From contig JAFDZT010000004.1 in the NCBI GenBank assembly GCA_018266735.1, positions 156,094 through 220,093 on the forward strand: a stretch of 64,000 bases of DNA, read 5' to 3'. Each line of letters starts with the position of its first letter. Position 1 is the first letter of the stretch. This stretch comes from Bacteroidota bacterium (GTDB taxonomy: Bacteria > Bacteroidota > Ignavibacteria > Kapaibacteriales > Kapaibacteriaceae). Shown in pieces: positions 48,401 through 56,404 of this stretch. Both the position numbers and the translations under genes were made by a program. The notes under the pieces were generated by a model. It was not told the origin of the DNA. It worked only from the letters and a program-made list of their open reading frames with translations, and made no database searches.

Positions 48401-48471
48401 AGCAGAGCGTGATCCTCAAGCTCGACAAGACGAAGGAAGTGATCGACGTGGGTGCGCTCACGTTCAAGTGA
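45451..48471 (+). CDS. Secreted 1006-aa VIT - von Willebrand factor A - TPR - DUF2135 protein
   Basis: Signal peptide; a VIT-like N-terminal domain; VWA with a MIDAS D-x-S-x-S ([13 protein letters not shown]); a TPR-like segment ([23 protein letters not shown]); a DUF2135-like C-terminus ([40 protein letters not shown]...[10 protein letters not shown]). Confidence 0.65.
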   Translation: [1006 protein letters not shown]

Positions 48472-48498
48472 GCAAGGGCGGCAAGGCGGCGTGGGCGC

Positions 48499-49392
48499 TT
48501 ACCGTTCGCCGAGTTGGTCGGAGCGTTTGCGAGCGAGGTAGAGATCGAGACCACCACGTCCGCCCGGTCGGTTCGATGCGAACAGCAACGATCCGTCCGG
48601 TAGCATGGCGCAATCCGATTCGTCGAACTCGGAGTTGATGGCATCGATGGGCTGCGGTTCCGTCCATGCACCATCGCGGAACACACTCAAGAAAACATCG
48701 AATCCGCCCTTGCCGCCATAGCCATTCGATGCATAAAGCAACGTATCGTTGGCAACGAAGTATGGCGTGATCTCGTCGCCCGAAGAATTCACCACGTCGC
48801 TCAGATTGACAGGTTCTTGCCATGCGCCACCGGCAACGCGGTGGCTCATCCACAGGTCCGTTCCCCCACTGCCACTTGGTCTGTCGCTGACGACGACCAG
48901 CATGGTCCCGTCCGGCGAGACGGCAGGGTGCGACGTGAAGAACTCGCCGTTCATGACGTCGATGCCGTGACCGGCATTCAGTGATGAACCATCGCGGACA
49001 ACGGTGACAACGCCCATGTAGGACCGACGACGATGCATGAGATACATGGCGCCGAACATATCGCCACTTTCGGAAGCCGTGAGGAAGGCGCGATGATGGC
49101 CTTCTTCATTGAAGGTCCCCGACACCAGTTCGGGTCCGCCCTGTGTAGCCGTGCCATACATCGGACTACGATAGATGGCCGCAACGCCGGAACGTTCAGA
49201 GGTGAAGCAGATGGAGAGTCGACGGTCGGTGATGCACGGACCGTACTCGTCGGCCGTGGAGTTCATGGCCTCCATGGGCGTGGGTGCCATCCAGAGATCG
49301 GCCGCATCGTACAGCGGTTGGCCATGCATGGTGATGCACGCTCCGAAGAGCGCTATCGATGCCACAACGATATGGACCGCTTGCTTATACAC
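48499..49392 (-). CDS. TolB-like WD40/PD40 beta-propeller periplasmic protein
   Basis: PD40-like repeats (SPDGTMLVVVSDRPSGSGGTDLWMS; LPDGSLLFASNRPGGRGGLDLYLA). The probable GTG start at 49392 gives the signal peptide (V)YKQAVHIVVASIALFGACITMHG. The listed ORF start at 49506 lies inside queE. Confidence 0.6.
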   Translation of the reverse strand: MYKQAVHIVVASIALFGACITMHGQPLYDAADLWMAPTPMEAMNSTADEYGPCITDRRLSICFTSERSGVAAIYRSPMYGTATQGGPELVSGTFNEEGHHRAFLTASESGDMFGAMYLMHRRRSYMGVVTVVRDGSSLNAGHGIDVMNGEFFTSHPAVSPDGTMLVVVSDRPSGSGGTDLWMSHRVAGGAWQEPVNLSDVVNSSGDEITPYFVANDTLLYASNGYGGKGGFDVFLSVFRDGAWTEPQPIDAINSEFDESDCAMLPDGSLLFASNRPGGRGGLDLYLARKRSDQLGER

Positions 49393-50047
49393 CTCGGGTC
49401 TCGGGATGCCAAATGAACTTATGCATTTGCAATTGGAAACGAACATCCAGTTTGTCGGCCAGGATCCATTCCACCACGTCTTTGAATTCGAGCGTTCCGA
49501 ACACACACGACAAGAGCACGGCCGTGGTCGATCGCGAGAGATCGTAGCGACGGATCACGTCACGGGCGAACTCGTAATCGCGTCGCGAGGCCAAGACGAA
49601 CTTGATCTCGTCGGTTGGACGAAGTGCGTCAAGATTCTCCCAATGGTTCAATGGTTCCATCTTTGAATCGGGACACTTCACGTCGATGATGCGGATGACG
49701 CGCGGGTCGACGTTCGACACGTCCACATGTCCTCCGGTCTCAACGGCCACCGTATACCCTGCATCGCAGAGATACGCCATTAGCGGCACAACGTCGGGTT
49801 GCTCGAGTGGCTCACCACCGGTAAACTCCACGAAGGAACAGCCGATCCGTTCGATCTCGGCCACGATCTCCGCACCCGTCATGAGCGTGGCCACGACGCG
49901 CTTGTCGAGCGCATACGGCGTATCGCACCAAACACAACGCAGCTTGCATCCTTGCAGTCGGATGAAGGTGCATGGCATACCGGCGCGACTCCCCTCTCCC
50001 TGCACGGAAAAGAAGATCTCGCTGACGTTGAAGTGGTGATCGAGCAT
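49385..50047 (-). CDS. queE: 7-carboxy-7-deazaguanine synthase (radical SAM)
   Basis: CKLRCVWCDT (Cx3Cx2C) and conserved QueE N-terminus MLDHHFNVSEIFFSVQGEGSRAGMPCTFIRLQGC; 220 aa. Confidence 0.85.
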   Translation of the reverse strand: MLDHHFNVSEIFFSVQGEGSRAGMPCTFIRLQGCKLRCVWCDTPYALDKRVVATLMTGAEIVAEIERIGCSFVEFTGGEPLEQPDVVPLMAYLCDAGYTVAVETGGHVDVSNVDPRVIRIIDVKCPDSKMEPLNHWENLDALRPTDEIKFVLASRRDYEFARDVIRRYDLSRSTTAVLLSCVFGTLEFKDVVEWILADKLDVRFQLQMHKFIWHPETRGV

Positions 50048-50064
50048 GGCCTACAAAGATACGA

Positions 50065-52287
50065 TTATGCGATACGCATATACTCGTGCGCATTGTGGTA
50101 GCGGCGTTGGAGATAGGCGCGTGTTCGTGCGAGATCGGGGTGACGGAGGTGCGGATCGCGATCGACGAGTGCGAATGCATCCTGACGTGCACGCGCGATC
50201 ATGGGTGTATCGCTGACAAGGTCCGTGAAGACGAAGTCGGGCAACCCGCTTTGACGCGTACCAAGCACATCACCCGGTCCGCGCAAGGCAAGGTCCACCT
50301 CGGCAATGCGGAATCCATCCGTGGTCTCTTCCATTGTTTTCAATCGAATGATCGATGCAGCCCGATCTTCCGCGGCATTCTTCCGATTGATCTGATACTT
50401 GAAATGGTCCTTCGTTGCCAGGAAGCAGAACGAACCATGCTCGCCTCGGCCAACACGGCCTCGCAACTGATGCAACTGCGAGAGTCCGAACCGCTCCGCA
50501 TTCTCGATGAGCATCACGGTGGCATTCGGCACATCGATCCCCACTTCCACAACGGTGGTGGCCACAAGGATGTCGTACTTGCGGGCAAGGAAGTCCCGCA
50601 TGGCATCTTCCTTCTCGTACCACAATTGCTGTCCGTGCAGCAGACCCATCTTGAGCGTTGGATACACATCGCGCTGCAACGACTCGAAATGCTCGACGGC
50701 CGATTTCAATTCAAGCTTCTCAGATCGCTCGACCAACGGATAGACGATGTAGGCCTGACGTCCCTCGGCCACTTGCTCGCGCACAAAGGCATGCACAGAA
50801 TCGAGTCCGCTCTCATAGACCACCTTCGTGACAATGGGCTTCCGATCTTTCGGAAGTTCGTCGATCACCGACACGTCAAGGTCCCCATAAGCCGTCATCG
50901 ACAGGGTACGGGGAATGGGTGTGGCGGACATGACGAGAAGATGTGGTGCCTTGCCGCCTTCGTTGGATTCGCATCCGAGCCTTCGAAGTGCGGCACGTTG
51001 TTCAACACCGAACCGGTGCTGTTCGTCGATGATGGCAAGCCCGAGCTTGTGATACTGGACGCTGCTCTCGAACATGGCATGCGTCCCAACAATGATGTTC
51101 GCCTCACCACTGGCGATCTCGGCGAGGACCTTGGTTCGGAGCGCCTTGCGCTGTCCGCCCACCAGTTGCGTGCACTGCAGATCGGTGTCCTGCAACAACC
51201 GCTTGATGCTGTTGAAGTGTTGCTCGGCGAGGATCTCGGTGGGGGCCATGATCAGCGCCTGATAGCCGTTGTCGACAGCACAGAGCATGCACAACAGAGC
51301 AACGATGGTCTTGCCCGATCCAACGTCGCCTTGCAGTAGTCTGTTCATCGGCGTGCCTGACGTCATGTCGCGCGTGATCTCGTGGATCACACGACGTTGC
51401 GCGGCCGTGAGCTCGAACGGAAGGTTGTCCACCAATGCACGTGCATGCGGACTCTTCGCCTGCATCGGCACGCCAAGTTCGGGAACACGTTGTGTGCGCT
51501 TCCGAACGGCCAGCATCAATTCAAAGAAGAAGAGCTCTTCATACTTCATGCGTTCGCGAGCGGAGCGCACGGATGCAAGTGATGACGGGAAGTGCAATTC
51601 ACGCAAAGCGGTGGAGCGATCCATGAAGCCATGCTGTCGCACATACACTTCGGGCAGCGGGTCCACCATCGTGTCCAGCGTTCGATCGATCACATGTTCC
51701 ACGATGCTGCGCATCATGCGCAACGTGAGACCTGCCGTTCGCATGCCTTGCGTGATCGTGTACTTCGGCAGGATGGCACCGGCGCGATACTGCTCCATGT
51801 CCTCTTCTTCTACGCGCTCGATCTCGGGATGATGGAACGTGATCTGATTCCATCGCGGATCGAAGTCCGGGGCGCCCGAGATCACCACATGCTGTCCGTG
51901 TGCGAGCACGCGCTTGTAGTAGGCGACCATGTTCCAGAAGATCAACGTTGCCGAGGCTCCGCTGCCATCGCTCACCACGACCAACAACATCGTTCGTCCC
52001 TTGCCGTACGACTGTTCCCGCACGTCGGCAACAACAGCCACGAGCGTGACCTCTGCGGTGACCTTCGTGATGGTGGCCGCGTCGGAGTTCCAGAGATTCG
52101 GCTTTCGGAAGGTGGCAAGGAGGGCAGAGATGGAGGGGGCGGCGCTTCGATCGACGTAGCCCCGCGGTACATACATCAGCACGTCTTCGGGGGTGACGAG
52201 ACCTTCGGAGGCAAGGACCTCTGCACGACGCGGACCGACGCCCTTGACGTATTGCAGTGGAAGGATCTTGCGTTCCTCGTCGCTCAT
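50065..52287 (-). CDS. recG: ATP-dependent DNA helicase RecG
   Basis: N-terminal wedge domain; helicase motifs (GDVGSGKT, DEQHRFG, TATPIPRT); 740 aa. Confidence 0.9.
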   Translation of the reverse strand: MSDEERKILPLQYVKGVGPRRAEVLASEGLVTPEDVLMYVPRGYVDRSAAPSISALLATFRKPNLWNSDAATITKVTAEVTLVAVVADVREQSYGKGRTMLLVVVSDGSGASATLIFWNMVAYYKRVLAHGQHVVISGAPDFDPRWNQITFHHPEIERVEEEDMEQYRAGAILPKYTITQGMRTAGLTLRMMRSIVEHVIDRTLDTMVDPLPEVYVRQHGFMDRSTALRELHFPSSLASVRSARERMKYEELFFFELMLAVRKRTQRVPELGVPMQAKSPHARALVDNLPFELTAAQRRVIHEITRDMTSGTPMNRLLQGDVGSGKTIVALLCMLCAVDNGYQALIMAPTEILAEQHFNSIKRLLQDTDLQCTQLVGGQRKALRTKVLAEIASGEANIIVGTHAMFESSVQYHKLGLAIIDEQHRFGVEQRAALRRLGCESNEGGKAPHLLVMSATPIPRTLSMTAYGDLDVSVIDELPKDRKPIVTKVVYESGLDSVHAFVREQVAEGRQAYIVYPLVERSEKLELKSAVEHFESLQRDVYPTLKMGLLHGQQLWYEKEDAMRDFLARKYDILVATTVVEVGIDVPNATVMLIENAERFGLSQLHQLRGRVGRGEHGSFCFLATKDHFKYQINRKNAAEDRAASIIRLKTMEETTDGFRIAEVDLALRGPGDVLGTRQSGLPDFVFTDLVSDTPMIARARQDAFALVDRDPHLRHPDLARTRAYLQRRYHNAHEYMRIA

Positions 52288-52703
52288 GGTCGGGTTGTGG
52301 AACAGGTCAAGAGCGTGTCGGTTGGTTGCTCTCCGAGCAAGTACAGTCGATCGGCCTGCACCGAGAACGTCCGCACGTCGGCAAGCGCCTTGATGATCCG
52401 TTGCTCAAGCGGCAGCGCCTCGCACATCATGCGTGTAGAGGCCACCGCGCCGATGCGCATCGTTGTATCGTCGATCGTGGTCGAAGCCGAGATCGCATTG
52501 CAACCGCCGGTCCCGCTGAGTCGATCACCCTCGAACGAGAGCTGTGGCGAGCGTGCATCAAATTGTTGCTGCAGGTGTTCGGAACGCACGCTCAGCACGA
52601 ACCATGTGCGTCCGTTGATCGAGGCAGTGGATGAGGTCGACCGCGTAGTGGCGCACGACGCGACGATCAGCAGCACGAGTGATGCCATGGCAACGACATT
52701 CAT
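52284..52703 (-). CDS. META-domain (HslJ-like, DUF306) lipoprotein
   Basis: Lipobox LLIVASC; META signature GTGGCNAISAS. Confidence 0.6.
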   Translation of the reverse strand: MNVVAMASLVLLIVASCATTRSTSSTASINGRTWFVLSVRSEHLQQQFDARSPQLSFEGDRLSGTGGCNAISASTTIDDTTMRIGAVASTRMMCEALPLEQRIIKALADVRTFSVQADRLYLLGEQPTDTLLTCSTTRP

Positions 52704-53185
52704 GCGCGCGACACCAACGATCGCGTGTAAACCACATGGTCTGTGGGTGGTGGCGTTGCCCCGGATGCGCGAATGCGAACCGAGACCTCGTCCATGTGAT
52801 GGGTCGTGTGATTGATCACGTGAAAGACGAGATCACGGAATAACTGCGTAAACACCGTGCCACTGAGGTTCGCATAGGTGATCTCCTTGTCGAGCCCCTC
52901 CTCGCCACCTTCCAGCAACAACGTGCCCCATGCCTCCGTGTCCACGGCATCGCGTTCCAGTGCTTGCGCAATGGTGAGTGTCTCGTGGATATCGGTATGC
53001 ACGGCGCCATCGCGCACGCGCTCCAGCCAGATGCGGCGGGCATTCACGGTATGCTGGAAGAGGAAGACGATGCGCGGATCGTCAGCGAGACCATGTTCGG
53101 TGCACGCATCCGCAAGCGTCTCCATCATCCACGAACCGTACTGGAACAGACCACGAAACCACGACGCTGCGTTCTGCATGTGCAC
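52700..53185 (-). CDS. DinB/YfiT-like (DinB_2) four-helix-bundle metal-binding protein
   Basis: 161 aa with a His-containing helix (VINHTTHHMDEV) typical of the DinB_2 family. It overlaps the META gene by 4 nt. Confidence 0.5.
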   Translation of the reverse strand: MHMQNAASWFRGLFQYGSWMMETLADACTEHGLADDPRIVFLFQHTVNARRIWLERVRDGAVHTDIHETLTIAQALERDAVDTEAWGTLLLEGGEEGLDKEITYANLSGTVFTQLFRDLVFHVINHTTHHMDEVSVRIRASGATPPPTDHVVYTRSLVSRA

Positions 53186-53196
53186 CTTTCGTTTGA

Positions 53197-54219
53197 TCAG
53201 ATCACTGTCATCCAGCCATGCACATCGGGTGCCTGACCGTATCGAATGGCATTGAGGTGGTTCTTGAGTGTGAACATCGTATCGGTGGGGAGCACCGGCA
53301 GTGCGAACTCTTCCGTATCGATCGCAATGCGACCGATCGGCGCCACAGCGGCGGCAGTTCCTACACCAAATGCTTCGGTCACTCTTCCGGCACGCAGGCC
53401 TTCGGCAAGATCGTCCACCGTGATCATGCGTTCGGAGATCGGCAGACCTAGGTCGCGCGCGATCGTGAGCACACTGTCACGCGTAACGCCGTCGAGGATC
53501 GTGTCCGTGAGTGCCGGCGTGACGATCACACCGTCGATCACGAACATCACGTTCATCGTCCCCGACTCTTCCACCACACGATGTTCCTTGGCATCCGTCC
53601 AGATCACCTGATCGAAGCCATCCTGTTGTGCCAATTGCGTTGGCAGCATGGCCGCGGCATAGTTACCCGCACACTTGGCGAATCCGGTCCCGCCGGCCAC
53701 GGCACGCGCGAAGACGCGCTCCATGCGGACGCGAAGCGGCCGTGCATAGAGGGGTCGGAACGGACCGCCAACGACCATGAAGAGATAATCGTCGGAGACC
53801 TTGATCCCCATACGCTCTTCGTTCGCGATCACGAACGGTCGGATGTAGAATGCACTATCGGGTCCGGGAGGCACCCACGACCGATCGGCCCGCACAAGAT
53901 CGACGATGCCATCACGGAAATGGGAGAGCGGGATCTCGGGCATGCACATGCGAGCAAGCGATTTGTTGAAGCGCTCATGGTGCTTCTCGATGCGGAACAC
54001 GGCAACGTCGCCATTGTCGTATCGATAGGCCTTCATTCCCTCGAACACGATCTGCGCATAGTGCAGACCGAGTGCCAGCGGCTGCATCTCGATCGGAGCG
54101 TAGGGTTTGAGGACACAGTCCTCCCAACGTCCGTCGGAATGCTGAGCGATGCTCATATGCTCGCTGGGTACATTCGAGAGCGTGAGTTGGGCGATGTCGT
54201 CGAACGGTTGTGATGACAT
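53197..54219 (-). CDS. ilvE: Branched-chain amino acid aminotransferase (PLP fold type IV)
   Basis: LHYAQIVFEGMKAYR...; conserved class IV BCAT throughout. Start MSSQPFDD (54219). Confidence 0.85.
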   Translation of the reverse strand: MSSQPFDDIAQLTLSNVPSEHMSIAQHSDGRWEDCVLKPYAPIEMQPLALGLHYAQIVFEGMKAYRYDNGDVAVFRIEKHHERFNKSLARMCMPEIPLSHFRDGIVDLVRADRSWVPPGPDSAFYIRPFVIANEERMGIKVSDDYLFMVVGGPFRPLYARPLRVRMERVFARAVAGGTGFAKCAGNYAAAMLPTQLAQQDGFDQVIWTDAKEHRVVEESGTMNVMFVIDGVIVTPALTDTILDGVTRDSVLTIARDLGLPISERMITVDDLAEGLRAGRVTEAFGVGTAAAVAPIGRIAIDTEEFALPVLPTDTMFTLKNHLNAIRYGQAPDVHGWMTVI

Positions 54220-54302
54220 GTGGGAGGTGCTCCAATAAGCTTCAAAAGTTGTCCGGGCACGGGTTCGACCGAGCGCAAAACTACGAATTCGGCGCACCTC
54301 CA

Positions 54303-55058
54303 TCACCGTCGGCGAACCCAGCGCTCCACGGCGTCGCCGTAGATCACTTTCAGGGTGGACCGCCGCAGGGCGAGCTCGGCCGCGACCGCTTCCGACACGT
54401 ATGGCAGGAGGAACTGGACCATCGAACCATAGGTGGTGACGATGGCCGGTTCGAATTCGGCGAACAGCGACGAGATCTGCAGGACGTTCGCTCCGGGATC
54501 GTAGAACACGAAGCGCTCACTGCGGCAGACCCGACGGGCCATGTCGCGTAACATGCTTCCGATGCGTCGCGCCGAATAGACGTGCGACGGGAACGGCGGC
54601 GCACGCGTACTGCCTGTGGCCAAGGCAACAAGGACAAGTGGTGAGCCTGCCTCACGCACCACGCGTTCACGAAGGGTGCGCAGCGTGAAGAACTCGCTGG
54701 CGATCTCGAATGTGTCGGAATCGTATAACTCGTCACGCCAGATCGTCGATCGATATCCGGCATGGTGCGACATCACGGACAGCACCGAGGCAAGCCATGC
54801 ATTGCACCAGAAAGCTGTGCGGGCGGCGGACGAGAACGCATTGGGCTGCGCCGTGCGCAGTCGACGCCAGTAGATGTCGAACGTCGAATACCGCACAGCA
54901 TCCGTGTTCATCCGTCCGCTCTTCAACGATGCATGCCACAACGAATCGAACGCCGCATGGTCGATCACATCGGTGGTGTCGGCCGTGCGAAGGATCACAG
55001 TGGATACAAGGATCATAAGATGGTGGTAGGGCGGCATGGCGATATATTCGTGCATCAT
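54303..55058 (-). CDS. Hypothetical protein (DUF547-like?)
   Basis: 251-aa ORF with coherent codon usage; FWCNAWLASVL resembles the DUF547 core. The assignment is weak. Confidence 0.35.
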   Translation of the reverse strand: MMHEYIAMPPYHHLMILVSTVILRTADTTDVIDHAAFDSLWHASLKSGRMNTDAVRYSTFDIYWRRLRTAQPNAFSSAARTAFWCNAWLASVLSVMSHHAGYRSTIWRDELYDSDTFEIASEFFTLRTLRERVVREAGSPLVLVALATGSTRAPPFPSHVYSARRIGSMLRDMARRVCRSERFVFYDPGANVLQISSLFAEFEPAIVTTYGSMVQFLLPYVSEAVAAELALRRSTLKVIYGDAVERWVRRR

Positions 55059-55070
55059 TCACCGTAGAAC

Positions 55071-55934
55071 GTGACCATGCGAATCATCACCACTGTTGCC
55101 GAAATGCAAACGCTCGTGCGCGATCTGCGTGCGGCGGGGTCCACCATCGGCTGCGTGCCCACCATGGGCGCCCTGCACGACGGTCATGCCTCCTTGATCA
55201 AGAGCGCTGCAGAGCAGCATGGCACCGTGATCACGTCGATCTTCGTCAACCCGACACAGTTCGCCCCCACCGAAGACCTCTCCAAGTATCCGCGCAACCT
55301 CGAGCGCGACACGCTTATCGTTGCCCAAGCGGGCGGCACCGTGATCTTTGCACCGACCGTGGACGAGATGTATCCGAGCGGCTTCTCCACGTCGATCCAC
55401 GTGGGCGGCATCACGGAAGTGTTCGAAGGAGCACGTCGACCCGGACATTTCGACGGCGTGGCCACCATCGTGGCCAAGTTGCTCATTGCCATGTCGCCCG
55501 ACGAGGCCTACTTCGGACAGAAGGACTATCAGCAAACGCTTGTCGTACGAACCCTCGTGCGTGACCTTGGTCTGCCCTGCACCATCACCGTGCGCGACAC
55601 CGTTCGCGAAGCCGATGGCCTTGCCATGAGCTCACGCAATGTGTACTTGAACGAAGAAGAGCGGGCACAGGCAAGTTCGTTGTATCGAGCCCTCATACTG
55701 GCACGCACGATGATCGAGAATGGTGAGCGCCGTGCAACAGAGATCGAGCATGCGATGTCGGCCACGCTCCTCCAGATCCCCGGCCTCACGATCGATTATG
55801 CTTCGGTGGTCATGGCCGACACACTTGCAACGTGCGATGTGTTGCCCGAGAAGACGAACGTAGTGCTGTTGCTTGCCGTGCGCATAGGCACCACACGCTT
55901 GATCGATAACATGCGTTGCACGGTGGGAGGTTGA
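55071..55934 (+). CDS. panC: Pantoate--beta-alanine ligase
   Basis: HIGH-like PTMGALHDGHASLI and conserved PanC motifs; 287 aa. Confidence 0.88.
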   Translation: MTMRIITTVAEMQTLVRDLRAAGSTIGCVPTMGALHDGHASLIKSAAEQHGTVITSIFVNPTQFAPTEDLSKYPRNLERDTLIVAQAGGTVIFAPTVDEMYPSGFSTSIHVGGITEVFEGARRPGHFDGVATIVAKLLIAMSPDEAYFGQKDYQQTLVVRTLVRDLGLPCTITVRDTVREADGLAMSSRNVYLNEEERAQASSLYRALILARTMIENGERRATEIEHAMSATLLQIPGLTIDYASVVMADTLATCDVLPEKTNVVLLLAVRIGTTRLIDNMRCTVGG

Positions 55935-56395
55935 TGATGGCACATGTGAGCATCCTGCCGATGACCGAAGATCGATTCGATCAATTCCTGGCGCTGATCG
56001 ATGCGTTGGCTGCCTATGAGAAGCTCGACCCGCCAGGCGATGCGGCGCGAGAGCGACTCCGCAACGATGCCTTCGGAGAACGCCCGCGCTATCAGGCATT
56101 CTTGGCTCTTCTCGACGAGTCCGTTGTTGGCTATGCCATTTGCTTCGAAACGTATTCATCGTTCCTGGCACGACCCACGATGTATCTCGAAGATCTCTTC
56201 GTGCTCGAGGACGCACGAAAGCATGGTGTGGGTGGTGCGCTCTTCGACCATGTGCGTGCGCTCGCCGTCGAGCGTCACTGCGGTCGCATGGAGTGGCAGG
56301 TCCTGGATTGGAACATGCTGGCGCGCGACTTCTATCACCGGCGCTCGGCACAGCACATGAAGGAGTGGATGCTCTACCGCATCACATTCGACTAA
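55934..56395 (+). CDS. GNAT-family N-acetyltransferase
   Basis: The start overlaps the panC stop (TGATGATGG); it has the acetyl-CoA motif ARKHGVGGALF. Confidence 0.7.
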   Translation: MMAHVSILPMTEDRFDQFLALIDALAAYEKLDPPGDAARERLRNDAFGERPRYQAFLALLDESVVGYAICFETYSSFLARPTMYLEDLFVLEDARKHGVGGALFDHVRALAVERHCGRMEWQVLDWNMLARDFYHRRSAQHMKEWMLYRITFD

Positions 56396-56404
56396 CTCGC
56401 TGTC

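Noticed and set aside
50086-52815. Long plus-strand ORFs (417 aa, 407 aa) opposite recG/META/DinB
   Set aside because: Antisense to recG, whose helicase motifs are unambiguous.
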